Assembly: GCA_951406725.2 (NCBI GenBank)
Contig: OX597817.1
Location: 24,490,001-24,554,000, forward strand
Direction: 5' to 3'
Length of the DNA stretch: 64,000 bases
DNA from: Octopus vulgaris
Taxonomy: Eukaryota
This document shows positions 12,810-24,290 of this stretch, in pieces; positions within the stretch are counted from its first letter, which is position 1, and the number at the start of each line of letters is the position of its first letter. The notes under the pieces are model-generated. The model did not search any database. It was not told the origin of the DNA and worked only from the letters and a program-made list of their open reading frames with translations. A program made the translations under genes and the position numbers.

Positions 12810-13060
12810 TATCTTTTCTCTTTTACCTGTTTCAGTCTTTAGACTATGGCTATGATGGGGAGACAAACAAAGATACAAAGTTACACACACAAACACATGA
12901 CAGGCTTCTTTCAGTTTCCATCAACCAAATCTACTCACAAGCCTCTGGTCTGTCTGAGGCTATAGTAGAAGACATTTACCCATTCTGCCATACAGTGGGA
13001 CTGAACCCAGAACCATATGTTTGGAAAACAAACTTCTTACCGCACAGCAATGCCTGTGCC
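12810..13060 (-). mobile_element. Diverged, internally deleted family B SINE
   Basis: ggcttctttcagtttcc...gaggctatagtagaagac...gggactgaaccc. Confidence 0.7.
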
Positions 13061-13289
13061 TATTTATATAAATGAATACATATATATGTGTGTGTGTGAG
13101 CATGCATGTGTGTGTGTGTTATGAAATGTGTACATCATGCTACACTTCACAGGCATGACAAATAACCAATTATATTAGAGCTCATAATTTGCTGCATTAA
13201 ATTTCTAAGTCCACATAAACGAATGCCTAGCTAAGTATATTGTAACATTTGCGAACGTAGTCTATAACATTAACAAAGCAAAATAGATT

Positions 13290-13997
13290 AAGCATTTTCA
13301 ATGTCTGGATAGAAGTTTTACTTCAGCATTTATTATTCAAACGCTATGTTACATACAGTATGCTGACAGAGGAAAGATATTTGCTTCTTCTTCTCATCGT
13401 ATTCTAGCCAGTGTTCTGCAACTCTTTCACTTAAATTATAGACTATTTCTCCTATATTAGTCATGGTGGTGTTAATAAATTGCCCTTTCATGCATCCCAT
13501 TAGTTTTGCAGTTTATCTGTCAATTAGTTGAGAACAGTCAGCACTTGCTCTTAGAGTAAGCTGTTTTCACAAACGAGCATGACTTATAGAGTAGTAAAAT
13601 GGTGGATAGACCTGTTTTTACTGCTTCATTGATTTTAATCTTTCATGTAGCACTTTGCTAAATTCATGGCTATTTCACGTCTAGGTGTAACATTGATGAA
13701 CATCACATACTGCAAGGAGTTTACCTGTCTTCTCCTTCCCCATCTGTTCCAGAATTTGTTCAGGTACATGGAGTACATTTAATTTGCATCATAGCTGATG
13801 ATAGTTTGTAACTTTTTACCAGTTCCTTTATATATCCTGACACCCATTTCATTAGTTGTATGCAGAAAATTACAAGCAGTGGATGAAACATACCTTTTCA
13901 GTTTGGATGGTGGAAACGTAAGGGATACCTTCCGCATCAAAATTGGTCGGCTTACAAGATGTTTATTTTTGTTGCAATTGTTGACGTAGTTGAGATC
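13290..13997 (-). pseudogene. Possible decayed exons of a helical or spectrin-repeat-like protein
   Basis: Manual translation gives SQLRQQLQQK*TSCKPTNFDAEGIPYVSTIQTEK|GT, L*CKLNVLHVPEQILEQMGRRRQ|GT, HEFSKVLHERLKSMKQ, ERVAEHWLEYDEKKKQ and *IINAEVKLL. The first two have AG/GT boundaries in matching phase. Confidence 0.25.
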
Positions 13998-14075
13998 TGA
14001 GAGGCAGGATGCTTAGTGCCCTTAGATTTCATAAAATGAAAGTAGTGTATTTGTTTCTTGCCATTTCTAATCAAT

Positions 14076-14476
14076 GTGGCGAGCTGGCAGGATCGTTAGC
14101 ATGCCGGGTGAAATACTTAGCAGTATTTCATCTGCTGTTACATTCTGAGTTCAAATTCCGCCGAGGCCGACTTTGCCTTTCATCCTTTCGGGGTCGATAA
14201 ATTAAGTACCAGTTACGCACTAGGGGCGATGTAATCGATTTAATCCATTTGTCTGTCCTTGTTTGTCCTCTCTGTGTTTAGCCCCCTGTGGGTAGTAAAG
14301 AAATAGGTATTTCATCTACCATTACGTTCTGAGTTCACATTCCGCTGAGGTTGACTTTGCTTTTCATCCTTTAAATAAGTACCAGTTATGCACTGGGTTC
14401 GATGTAGTCGACTAAAACCCTTTGTTTGTCCTTGTTTGTCCCCTCTGTTTAGCTCCCTGTGTGTAATAAAGAAATA
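14076..14476 (+). mobile_element. Family C SINE with a tandem 3' partial repeat
   Basis: Full unit 14076-14305 (ggcgagctggcag head; gactttgcctttcatcctttcggggtcgataaattaagtaccag), then restarts at ggtatttc (14306). Confidence 0.85.
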
Positions 14477-14643
14477 AAATACTTTCTAATCATGGTCTGG
14501 TACTTACAACTGCTTTCAGAGCACGGTTACTATATTGACTCCAGAACAAAATCAGTTTTAAGTGATGCAAAAATAAGCTCTGACTAGATGCACACATATA
14601 CCTATATACACACACATACACACTCACATTTATACATAAAGAA

Positions 14644-15431
14644 ATGAAGCTAGTATGCTTCAGTATGCATGCATCACAGAGTGTAAGCATCTTGAGAGAA
14701 AAGGTGGGCATAAGAGGCATCAGATGTGGTGTGCAAGAGAGACGACTGCACTGGTATGGTCATGTGATGCATATGGATGAGGACAGCTGTGTGGAGGAAA
14801 CTTGTGGAAGAGGTAAACCCAGGAACACATGGGATGAGGTGATGAAGGATGATCTTTGAACATTGGGTTTCAGAGGCAATGACAAGTGACCGAGACCTTT
14901 GGTGATACATCATGCATGACAAAACCTATCAAACCAAGTGAAATTGCAGTCGTGGCTGATGCCAGTGCTGGTAGCACATAAAAAGCACCTTTAGGGCGTT
15001 GGATGATATGGTGTGCTTTGAGAAGACTCATCAAACCAAGTGATATTGTAGTCCTGACCAATGCCAGTGTTGCATAACTGGGACCCATGCCAGTGACACA
15101 TAAAAAAAACACCCTTTGAGGTTTGAACCTCATAGAGGCAGTGACAAGTGACAGAGACCTTTGGCAATAAAACATGCCTGAGAAAACCTGCCAAGCCAAG
15201 TGAGATCACAGTGATGGCCAATGCTGGTGTTTTGTAACTGGCATCCACGCTGGTGGCATGATAAAAGCACTCACTACAAACTTGGACTGGTTGGTAGTAG
15301 GAAGGGCATCTAGCTGTAGAAATTTTGTCAGATCAGATTGGAACCTGGTGCAGCTCCCTAGCTTACCAGTTTTAAGTCAAACCATTCAACTCATGCCAGG
15401 ATAGAAAACGGACGTTAAATGATGATGATGA
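14644..15431 (+). mobile_element. RTE LINE 3' end: ORF2 C-terminus, repetitive 3'UTR, Meta-like domain and (GAT)n
   Basis: ORF LREKVGIRGIRCGVQERRLHWYGHVMHMDED...GRGKPRNTWDEVMKDDL is contiguous with the tail shared by the non-coding copies. Confidence 0.85.
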
Positions 15432-15867
15432 TATGGTTATTGGTTCCTTTTGAATAGAGTTGTTCCAATGCTGACTTAAATATTCGTTCTTTCTCTCCTA
15501 TGTAAGTTTTAGGATGGCAAAATCCTTCACAACATCTTACATGGTGTATTATATTTCTTATGTTACAGTTAGAAATATAATCTCAACAATTTGCCTTTCA
15601 AACAAATTATTTTTAGCTGAATACAGTTATATTTAACAAGTTCATGTACACTCAAACATATATAGACTTTCAATACGGATGTTGTCTTAGAAGAGGAATT
15701 CTTCTTATTGATAATGTTCATGGTAACAAACCACTGACTATGAATGATATCATCTGACCATAGGAATATATATCAGTGATACACATCATCAACTACAGAC
15801 ACTGAATCCATCATTCATAGCTCTCTAAGAACCGTCTTGTTTAAAGTATTTGAACAATAAATAATAT

Positions 15868-16152
15868 ATTTTTTCGTTTTTGGATTTGGTTTGCAAGATT
15901 CTTTATATGAGTTCGTGTGTTAAAGCATATTCTGTTGTGTCTGGGGAGAGTCATTTTTTTTTGTGTGCTTTATAATGAAACACACTCACCGGTAAAATTT
16001 CCACTTATTTCTTATTTTTAATAGTCTTGAAAAGGTTGCAAGATGCAACGAAAATTTTAGGAAAATGAAAATAAGAAATAAGTGGAAATTTTACCAGTGA
16101 GTGTGTTACATAATAAAGCACTAAAAGAAAATGACTCTCCCCAGACACAACA
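15868..16152. mobile_element. Fold-back element: about 88-bp inverted arms around a hammerhead-like core (Penelope-type terminal structure)
   Basis: 15933-16020 is the imperfect reverse complement of 16066-16152. The left flank tttgcaagatt...gtgtgtt resembles 18650-18690. Confidence 0.7.
16025..16062 (+). ncRNA. Hammerhead motif, U3-A8 variant, weak stem I
   Basis: tc TTGAAAA g gttgca-aga-tgcaac GAAA attt TA gga. Perfect 6-bp stem II and palindromic AAAATTTT stem III. Confidence 0.5.
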
Positions 16153-16617
16153 TAATAAATTTTTCCTGTGTGAAAAATTTTGTTTTGCTGGAATCCCTTA
16201 TTTAGAGGCACACTGACTTGAGATGCTTAAAATATTGGTGTGTACAATTATATTTCACACGTCCATGAACACTCAAACATAAAGTGACCTTTACTGTGGA
16301 AACTGCTTTGGGAGAGAAATTCTCTTTAATAGTAATATCTGTAAAAACCACTGGGTTATGAATGATGTTGTTAGATTGTAGGATTTGTTTTTATGTATTT
16401 TCATCAGTGTTTTAATGCAGTTTCATCAGTGGACACCGATTCCACTAAGAACTATCATTTCTATATTTTAACAAGTAATAAATTTACTGATTTGTGCAAA
16501 GCTTTATCAATCAAGATTTAATTAAATAGGGGAACACTAATTTGAAAACCACATTCCTTATTGGACTATGAACAACAAATCCATGTCTGATGCTGATAGA
16601 GCATAACAAAATAAAAA

Positions 16618-16930
16618 CATGTTCCGGGTTCAGTCCTACTGCATGGCACCTTGGGCAAGTGTCTTCTACTGTAGCCTCGGGCCGACCAAAGCCTTGTGAG
16701 TGGATTTGGTAGACGGAAACTGAAAGAAGCCCATCGTATATATATATATATGTATATATGTGTTTGTGTGTCTGTGTTTGTCCCCCGTTACTTAGCGGTT
16801 CGGCAAAAGAGACCGATAGAATAAGTACTAGGCTTACAAAGAATAAGTCCTGGGGTCGATTTGCTCGACTAAAAAAGGCGGTGCTCCAGCATGGCCGCAG
16901 TCAAATGACTGAATCAAGTAAAAGAGTAAG
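16618..16930 (+). mobile_element. Family B SINE (5'-truncated)
   Basis: High identity to the other family B copies. Confidence 0.85.
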
Positions 16931-17149
16931 AGAGAGAGAGAGAGAGTCTGTTGACATCTTTCATAGCCCTATGATGTTTGTAAATGAATATTGTCTAAAG
17001 AAGATCTCTCCTGCATCAATATCTACAAAGAAGGTTACTATACATACCTGTATTTTTATCGTTACTGCTTACTGTGTCTCATCTTCATTATTAGTTATTT
17101 TAAGTGGAAGGCATTTGAAAAAAAAAAAGTAATTATATCTCTTTTTTTT

Positions 17150-17367
17150 TTAACTCTTTTTACTTGTTTCAGTCATTTTGACTGTGGCCATGCTGGTGCA
17201 CCACCTTTAATCAAGCAACTCGACCCCGGGACTTATTCTTTGTAAGCCCAGTACTTATTCTATCGGTCTCTTTTTGCCGAACTGCTTAGTGACGGGGACA
17301 TAAACACACCAGCATCGGTTGTAAAGCAATGCTAGGGGGACAAACACAGACACACAAACATACATGC

Positions 17368-17405
<38 letters not shown>

Positions 17406-17567
17406 GATGGGCTTCTTTCAGTTTCCATCTTCCAAATCCACTCACAAGGCTTTGGTCGGCCCGAGGCTATAGTAGAAGACACTTGCCCAAGGTGCCATGC
17501 AGTGGGACTGAACCCGGAACCATGTGGTTGGTAAACAAGCTACTTACCACACAGCCACTCCTGCGCC
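17150..17567 (-). mobile_element. Family B SINE (full length)
   Basis: Ends in cttaccacacagccactcctgcgcc, the reverse complement of the head. Confidence 0.9.
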
Positions 17568-18329
17568 TGAAAATAATTTGATGCACTTTTACTGGAATAT
17601 TCATACTATCAAGCATCCAGAAAAAAATTCAAGTTTGTTCAAGTATATTTGGTTCTTTGAAAAGATCTAGCATAATTGCATTTAAAATAAAATGTTTTTA
17701 TCTATCTATTTATTGGTTATTAAAATGAAACCTTCCACTTGAAGCTGCATTGTAAACTGCGCTAACGGGAGATATTTTAATTTTATTTCAAACTTCTCAT
17801 GAATGGAAAGAAAAATCAGAAATATTAACATCCTGTTGGTATTCCACTAAATGTTTTCTTTTAAATATTTACCTTTTAATAGTACATCCCTTTCATGAGT
17901 TAGAGCAATTGGATTCAACCCTGCTGTCTTTGATCACACACTTGCTACATATTTTAGAGATTGCCTTTCCTTATATCTTTGTATCTTGAATTATTTTTCA
18001 TGCATGTTAAAATCCACATGCTTAAAGCTATATTTTTTCCTCTTTATTTACAGTTACTAAGCATTCTATTCTTTATAACTTTTTGTTACGCATTCATTTA
18101 TGTAATGTATGTTTTCCCTATAGATAGGCAACACATTTTTCTTATTCTTCTCATTTTGCCTTTCCTATCTTTTCTCTAAATTTGTTGAAAACAATTGTAA
18201 TATTAGCCAAAACAATTCAATTGTTTTCACCTTATCAAATAAACCTTGTGTAGTCATTCCAACACATTCATGGGATGTCTTAAGGTCTGTTTTTTTTAAT
18301 CAGCTGACCATTGGAAATGAAAAACTTAG

Positions 18330-18560
18330 AATAACGATTTAGAGAATGTGGAGTTGGAGTTTGGTCAGGACAAATGTTGTTATATGGTTGTGAAAATGGG
18401 GAAAACTATAAACCAGACTAGCAACATCTCCATCAATAATTTGACTGTATCCTCTATAGCTGATGAGGAATGTTACAGGTATCTAGGAGTGGATGAAAAC
18501 ATATCTTACAATGGCACTTGTAACAAAACACGTGTCATTAAAGAGAATTACTGCTGATTT
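18330..18560 (+). pseudogene. RT fragment of an R4/Dong-like (REL-endonuclease) non-LTR retrotransposon
   Basis: LEFGQDKC...YRYLGVDE matches the GMEFGLDKC...YKYLG motifs of RT domains 6-7 in this group. Confidence 0.65.
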
Positions 18561-18644
18561 AAAAACAAATGTTTGGACCTCAAAACTCTGCATTCAATAA
18601 AACATTTTCACTTTTTAATTATAATAATTATTCATATGTTTATA

Positions 18645-18930
18645 TATTTGTTTTGCAAGATTTTTGATGTGAAATCGTGTGTTGAAACAGATGTTGTTGT
18701 ATTTAGGAATGGTCATTTTGCCAGTTTAGCCAATAAAAACATACGCACTATATATTTGGTGTTACTTTGCTTCAGCGTTATTCATTTTTTACATTAATCT
18801 TAATCTTATTTCGGCCAGAGTTCTTTTGTCACACTCCTGTGACCTCATCAGTGGTCCTTTGCTTTCTTCTTTCTTATGTGTGTGTCTCTCCTTACTAATG
18901 GCTGACCGTTAGTAAGGAAAGACACACAAA
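18645..18930 (-). mobile_element. Short element carrying a partial hammerhead core and a terminal hairpin
   Basis: Minus strand: cca CTGATGA ggtca...tggcc GAAA (18809-18851), with stems I and III not recoverable. Hairpin tgtgtctctccttactaatgg/ccgttagtaaggaaagacaca at about 18881-18926. Confidence 0.5.
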
Positions 18931-19180
18931 TTTTCGTTATCCAATGATGTCACCATTAGTTGAATGAAAGAATGTCATAGGATTAATTCGATTTAGGCAT
19001 TCTTATTTTTGTTAACGTTTATAAGCTAGTAATATTTCAGATGTTCAGTTTGAATTGCATTAATTTTGGATAGCCTTGATGATGTTACATTAACATATAT
19101 TTTTGAGGATATTAATATTAATTTCAATAATATTCTCTCTCTCTCTCTATATATATATATTTTTTTTTTCTTTTTCTTTT

Positions 19181-19472
19181 TCCCACCAGACCATCAGATG
19201 TTGTTACACATCGCTGGTCACAATGCATTCACATTGTTTTAGCCTCTAAATGACACCACCCTGCTGGCTAAGCGAGCAGGCCAACAGAAGAAAGAGTGGG
19301 AGAAAGTGTGGTGAAAGAGTACAGCAGGGATCACTACCCCCTGCAGGAGCATCGTGGAGCTTTTTAGGTGCTTTCGCTCAATAAACACTCACAACGCCCA
19401 GTCTGGGAATCGAAACCGTGATCCTACGACTACGAGTCCACTGCCCTAACCACTGGGCCATTACGCCTCCAC
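19181..19472 (-). mobile_element. Family A SINE, tail type 2, abutting a family C head (19475-19543)
   Basis: Same head as 2969-3347 but a different 3' module (ggcctgctcgcttagccagc...tgtaacaacatctgatggtctggt). Confidence 0.8.
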
Positions 19473-19975
19473 CTTTAAATGTAACAGCAGACGAAATACC
19501 GCTAGACATTTCGCCCGGCGTGCTAACGTTTCCGCCAGCTCGCCTATATATATATATATATGTGTGTGTGTGTACATTCATGTGTATATATTCATATGTA
19601 TATGTTAATGCAATTGAAACAATTGTTGGCATTATAATGTGAGATCTTTAACAAAGAAACAAATCTCTCTGTGCATATTCTTTGTTATATATACATAAAT
19701 ATATGTGTGCTTGCATATGCATGTATAAAGTTCATGAGATGCACACAAAACAGTGAGAATACAAGCAATAATGTATTTAAGTATTACCAACGTGATCTGA
19801 CAGATTCAAACGTGAATATATTGATCACTGATGTATTTCCCCATTGGAGTTCAGCTCTCTTTAGATAATGTGTCATTTCTCAGTCAAAGCTTTCTCTGAA
19901 TCAATGAATCTAACAAGATTACAATCAGCAAAGAAATTACAAGTGGATATTTGCTTCGAATAATTCATGAAATGC

Positions 19976-20504
19976 AAGCAAAGCAGCAAATAGTACCACG
20001 GTGTCTCAATGTCCCTTTACAGCAATGAATCACCACATATTATGAACATACATCAGCAATCAACATATTCATTATTCATGTGATGAAGAAGTGAAGGTTG
20101 ATCTCAAGGTGTTGAAACTTAGGGGGAAAAATGCAAAGGATTGAGATGATTCGTTATGCTTGTGAAGACTCAGCTAATTCTTTATAAAAGGTTTAGTATA
20201 ATGATTAAATAAGTAATTAATTGTTGTAATGTAAAGTATCTAAGTTTCTATTGATTTTAAGCAAAGCAGCAAATAATACCATGGTGTCTCAATGTCCCTT
20301 TACACCAATGAATCACCACATATTATAAACATACATCTGAAGGAAGTGGGCGGCGGGGGAGTCCCTGAATTTAAACTACATCAGCAATCAACATAATCAT
20401 TATTCATGTGATGAAGAAGTGAAGGTTGATCTCAAGGTGTTGAAACTTAAGGGAAAAATGCAAAGGATTGAGATGATTTGTTATGCTTGTGAAGACTCAG
20501 CTAA
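19976..20504. repeat. Local direct duplication of about 200 bp
   Basis: 19976-20177 is repeated at 20259-20504. The second copy has a GC-rich insert (20338-20376) flanked by tacatc. Confidence 0.9.
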
Positions 20505-21095
20505 CACAACAAAGAGGATATTTCAAAACCTTTTTTGCTAATGCTTACACAAACAGGCCCTGTCCCACCACCGTGCTCCTAACCTTGCCAGTCATTTCAC
20601 CCAGTTTTCATCACCTAACTTTCATTGCTTCTCTATCTATGGCACTACTCTGCTGCTATTGTTCGCTGAGAGTAGAAAAGGAAATACTACATCCTCTACC
20701 TTTTCCTTGCCTTCCTCTCCCTTCCAGAAGCAATCCCATTTCTCATTATCTTCTCTGCCCACTATTTTAACCAATCACCACCTTTTTGTGCCTTCAGCTA
20801 AACTCCATCCTTAACATCTCTCTGATCTTCTATCACTACAATCTGTCTCTCTTCTGTTATCCTCTATAACTTTCCCACTTTCTTTCTTTTCTTTTTCAAA
20901 TGGAGTAACCATGTATCTCTTCTGCAGCAAGACACCTATCTCTTTTCCTCTATTATACATCAACCTCTCATCAACTAACACAAAGCCACTTTCTTCAATA
21001 CTACAACCTCCTCTCCCTAGTTATGGGATCTTTGTCTGTGTTATGGAGTGGCCCTACCAGTGATGGTGGCATATAAAAACACACCCAGTACCTTC
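20505..21095 (+). mobile_element. Old RTE-type pyrimidine-rich 3'UTR remnant
   Basis: Similar in composition and motifs (tatctatggcact) to 57720-58620; ends in ggtggcatataaaaacacaccc. Confidence 0.45.
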
Positions 21096-21379
21096 TATTA
21101 AGATTATCCTGTTAACGAAGTGAAGAGTCCTGTCAGAGGGCTCTGGTTGACCTGGACTCTTACCCATCTCTGGTGAATTGCACAACTATTCTGTTAATTG
21201 TAGAAGGTGGGATCTCAAGATTTTCTGTAATTTTACTCAAAGTCCACCTTCAGATTGACCCACAATACAGCCTCTTTGAGATTTGAACAGTTCCAAGGTT
21301 TCTTTTGTATGTGGCACGATAAAGCAGTCATATTTAGAACCTGAAACATAAAAATATCGATTAATAAAAAATGTAAACC

Positions 21380-21876
21380 TGTGGCTTGCAGCTTACAACC
21401 CAAAATATTTCACGAGGTTAGTGCTTTTGTGTGGCTATTCAAGTTAAAATTTAGCTATCATTTCTAGCAATTGTCGGTGTTATTTTGCACCCTCATTTAT
21501 TAATTTTCCTTTTTTGTTTTTAATTGGTATATTATAATGTATCTAATATGTCTTAATATTTTAAAATATTGCTAAATCTTATTGTATGTTACTATACACT
21601 TTAACCATTTTGAATTTTAGTGCTTGCTTTTCAATGTTCTTTTTTCTCGTGAACAAATAGGAGACAGGCTATCTCTTTTAACCTGGAGTAATTGTAGAAA
21701 CGTCTGATGAGGAACAAATTCCTGTTGATCGAATTTCGAAATCACGTGATAATGTTTTATCAAACTACTTCATTCTGGAGAGCATCTCACCAATGAAACA
21801 TGTTGTGGCTTGCTGCTCTCAGTTCCAAATGTTTCATGAAGTTAATGCTTCTGTGTGGCTGTTTAAGTTAAATTCT
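21380..21876 (+). repeat. Diverged direct repeat of about 70 bp bracketing the hammerhead (pLTR-like)
   Basis: tgtggcttgcagcttac...tgtgtggctattcaagttaaa (about 21380-21449) versus tgtggcttgctgctctc...tgtgtggctgtttaagttaaa (about 21804-21872). Confidence 0.7.
21697..21758 (+). ncRNA. Type-I hammerhead ribozyme, intact core
   Basis: gaaacgt CTGATGA ggaa...tttc GAAA tcacgtga TA atgtttt. Stem I gaaacgu/auguuuu, palindromic stem III ATCACGTGAT, AUA site. Confidence 0.8.
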
Positions 21877-22241
21877 ATGCTGAAGTAAAGACTACATGTT
21901 CTTTATCTATCTCCTTAACTTCTTGGAGATTTTAGGTATAATTATACTAATGTGTCCATCTGTTATAATTTAATTAAATTCTATGTCTTTGTGCAGCTAA
22001 AGATTGCTCTGCATTTTAAATTGATGTAATGATTGCATTGTTCAATTAAAGGGAGTTACATGAAGCAATCGCACTGCATTACCTCTGGATATCCTTGTTG
22101 CTTATTTTGATCTTAATCACCTTACTTTGAAATTGTATAGATAATAGCGTACTAAATTTTGGTGCCTCAACTTAAGTACTATATTTATCTGTATCTATCT
22201 ATCTATATATCTCTATATCTATCTATCTACATATATATATA

Positions 22242-22933
22242 TCTATATATATAAAACTCAACTTGTGTGTCTGTGTGTGTATCTGTGTGTGTGCCTGTGT
22301 GTTTAACTTCCCGGCACATCTCCTTCTAGCCAACAAATCGTAAAAACCACCAAAAATGGGTCACTTGAAGTTTTTGCGAATGAAAATTGAACTGCGCTAT
22401 TTCTTTTCCGAAATTCATCTCGCACGTGAAAAAATCGATAATGTGTTTGTTTAGGTCTTATCCCATGCATTGAATAGTGAACTTTACTCAGTCAGCTGTT
22501 TGACGTGAACTGTGTTCACCACGCATGCAAGCATACATAAATTGCATGAAAAATAAAAAATCAAGATATAAAAACGAATCGCCGTAAACATTGTAGAAAT
22601 TCGGCAAAGAAATGAATTTTCAGGACGTAGCATGGAGGGGTTTTTTTGTATTAATTGTTTGGACTTTGTGAACACATACCAATTGTTTTCATAACATTTT
22701 TAACGCTTTGAATTAAATGTGACCATTTTGCATTGAGTCTGCAGTTTGAATCACTTTAACCAAATTTTAGCAGGCCGGATTTTTGATCATCACGATACAT
22801 CGCCAGCGACTACCTGAAACTCTCCCCTGAAATCCCCGTTGAGAAATCTATTATATATATAATAATACTTTGAATGTGACTCCTGAGAAAGAGTAAAAGT
22901 AATTATCCGATGAACGACGGGTATTACTGCTAG
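22242..22933 (+). mobile_element. Non-autonomous Helitron-like element
   Basis: 5' TC(tatatatataaaa) followed by a TG microsatellite, 3' ...cgacgggtattactgCTAG, inserted between A and T with no TSD. CpG-rich relative to the flanks. Confidence 0.75.
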
Positions 22934-22968
<35 letters not shown>

Positions 22969-22995
22969 GTATATATATATATATGTGTATATATG

Positions 22996-23030
<35 letters not shown>

Positions 23031-23147
23031 GTGTATATATGTATATATATATATATGTGTATATATATATATATATGTATATATATGTGTATGTATATAT
23101 ATATGTGTATGTATATATATATGTGTATGTATATATATATGTGTATG

Positions 23148-23178
<31 letters not shown>

Positions 23179-23195
23179 GTATATATATGTGTATG

Positions 23196-23226
<31 letters not shown>

Positions 23227-23282
23227 GTGTATGTATATATATATATATATATATATATGTTATATATATATATACATGTGTG

Positions 23283-23352
<70 letters not shown>
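22934..23352. repeat. (TA)n/(TATG)n microsatellite followed by (GA)n
   Basis: Seen directly; it is the source of the spurious Y/I-rich ORFs. Confidence 0.98.
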
Positions 23353-23355
<3 letters not shown>

Positions 23356-24104
23356 AGGTAGAGAAAGAGATGTGTACATATGTTTGTGTACACTCTCATC
23401 TCTCTCCTTCCCTCCTTCTCCCTATATCTTTCTATTTATCTGTCTACATACATACAATGCCCACATCAATAATTAAAAGATGTATCTTGAACAGCTTGTA
23501 TAGAGACATATATGCAGATAATTAATTTCCTCTCATGGAAACTTTAAATATACTATTTTGACATTTGACAAATAGGTAGAAGTTCAATGAAAGTGAATTA
23601 ATGTCCCCTTCTTTGACTATTTATAGAAACACTACTGTTTTGTCTATTAATCAGCAATAATTACATTTCTGGTATTTATGGTCACATTGATCTGTTTTGA
23701 AAGGGAATTCACCTCACATATTTTTTACTGAATTAATAGCTTAAAATTGCCATCAGTTTCTTTGAGTTGTCTCATATTTGTAAATAACATTAAATGAATT
23801 ATGAAATCAGTTTCTTTAAAAAGTATGCACAAAGTAAAAAGAAAAATTTTACTTAATTATGTTAGTGAAGGTTCAAATTCCTCAAGAAATGCTTTTATAC
23901 ATAAATGCAAAGTGTAATGTTTCATATTTTTAAAAATACCTTATATAAGTTTCATTCTTGCTTTGAATTTAGTTTAAGAAATTCCCTTAAAATGGTAAAT
24001 GTATTTGAAATTATGTAAAAATATGAGTGGGATTTTATGCATTTCTTTATTTTTTATCAACTTTATTAATAAGTATTTTTTCAAACCCTTATATGGTAGT
24101 AAGT

Positions 24105-24290
24105 AGGCAGAAGCATTAGCACATCAGGTAAAATGCTTAACAGCATTTTATCTGTCTTTACATTCTGAGTTCAAATTCTGGGTGAATTCTAGGGTTCAAT
24201 AAAATAAGTACCAGTTGTGCACTGGGGTTACTGTAATCAACTAACCCCATCCTCAAACTCGTTAGCCTTGTGCCAAAATTTGAAACCGAT
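24105..24290 (+). mobile_element. Diverged family C SINE
   Basis: ggcagaagcattagcac...cattctgagttcaaattc...aagtaccagttgtgcactgggg. Confidence 0.65.

Noticed and set aside
22851-23525. Long Y/I/C-rich ORFs (also at 62785-63245 and 41495-42086)
   Set aside because: They are translations of (TA)n/(TATG)n microsatellites.
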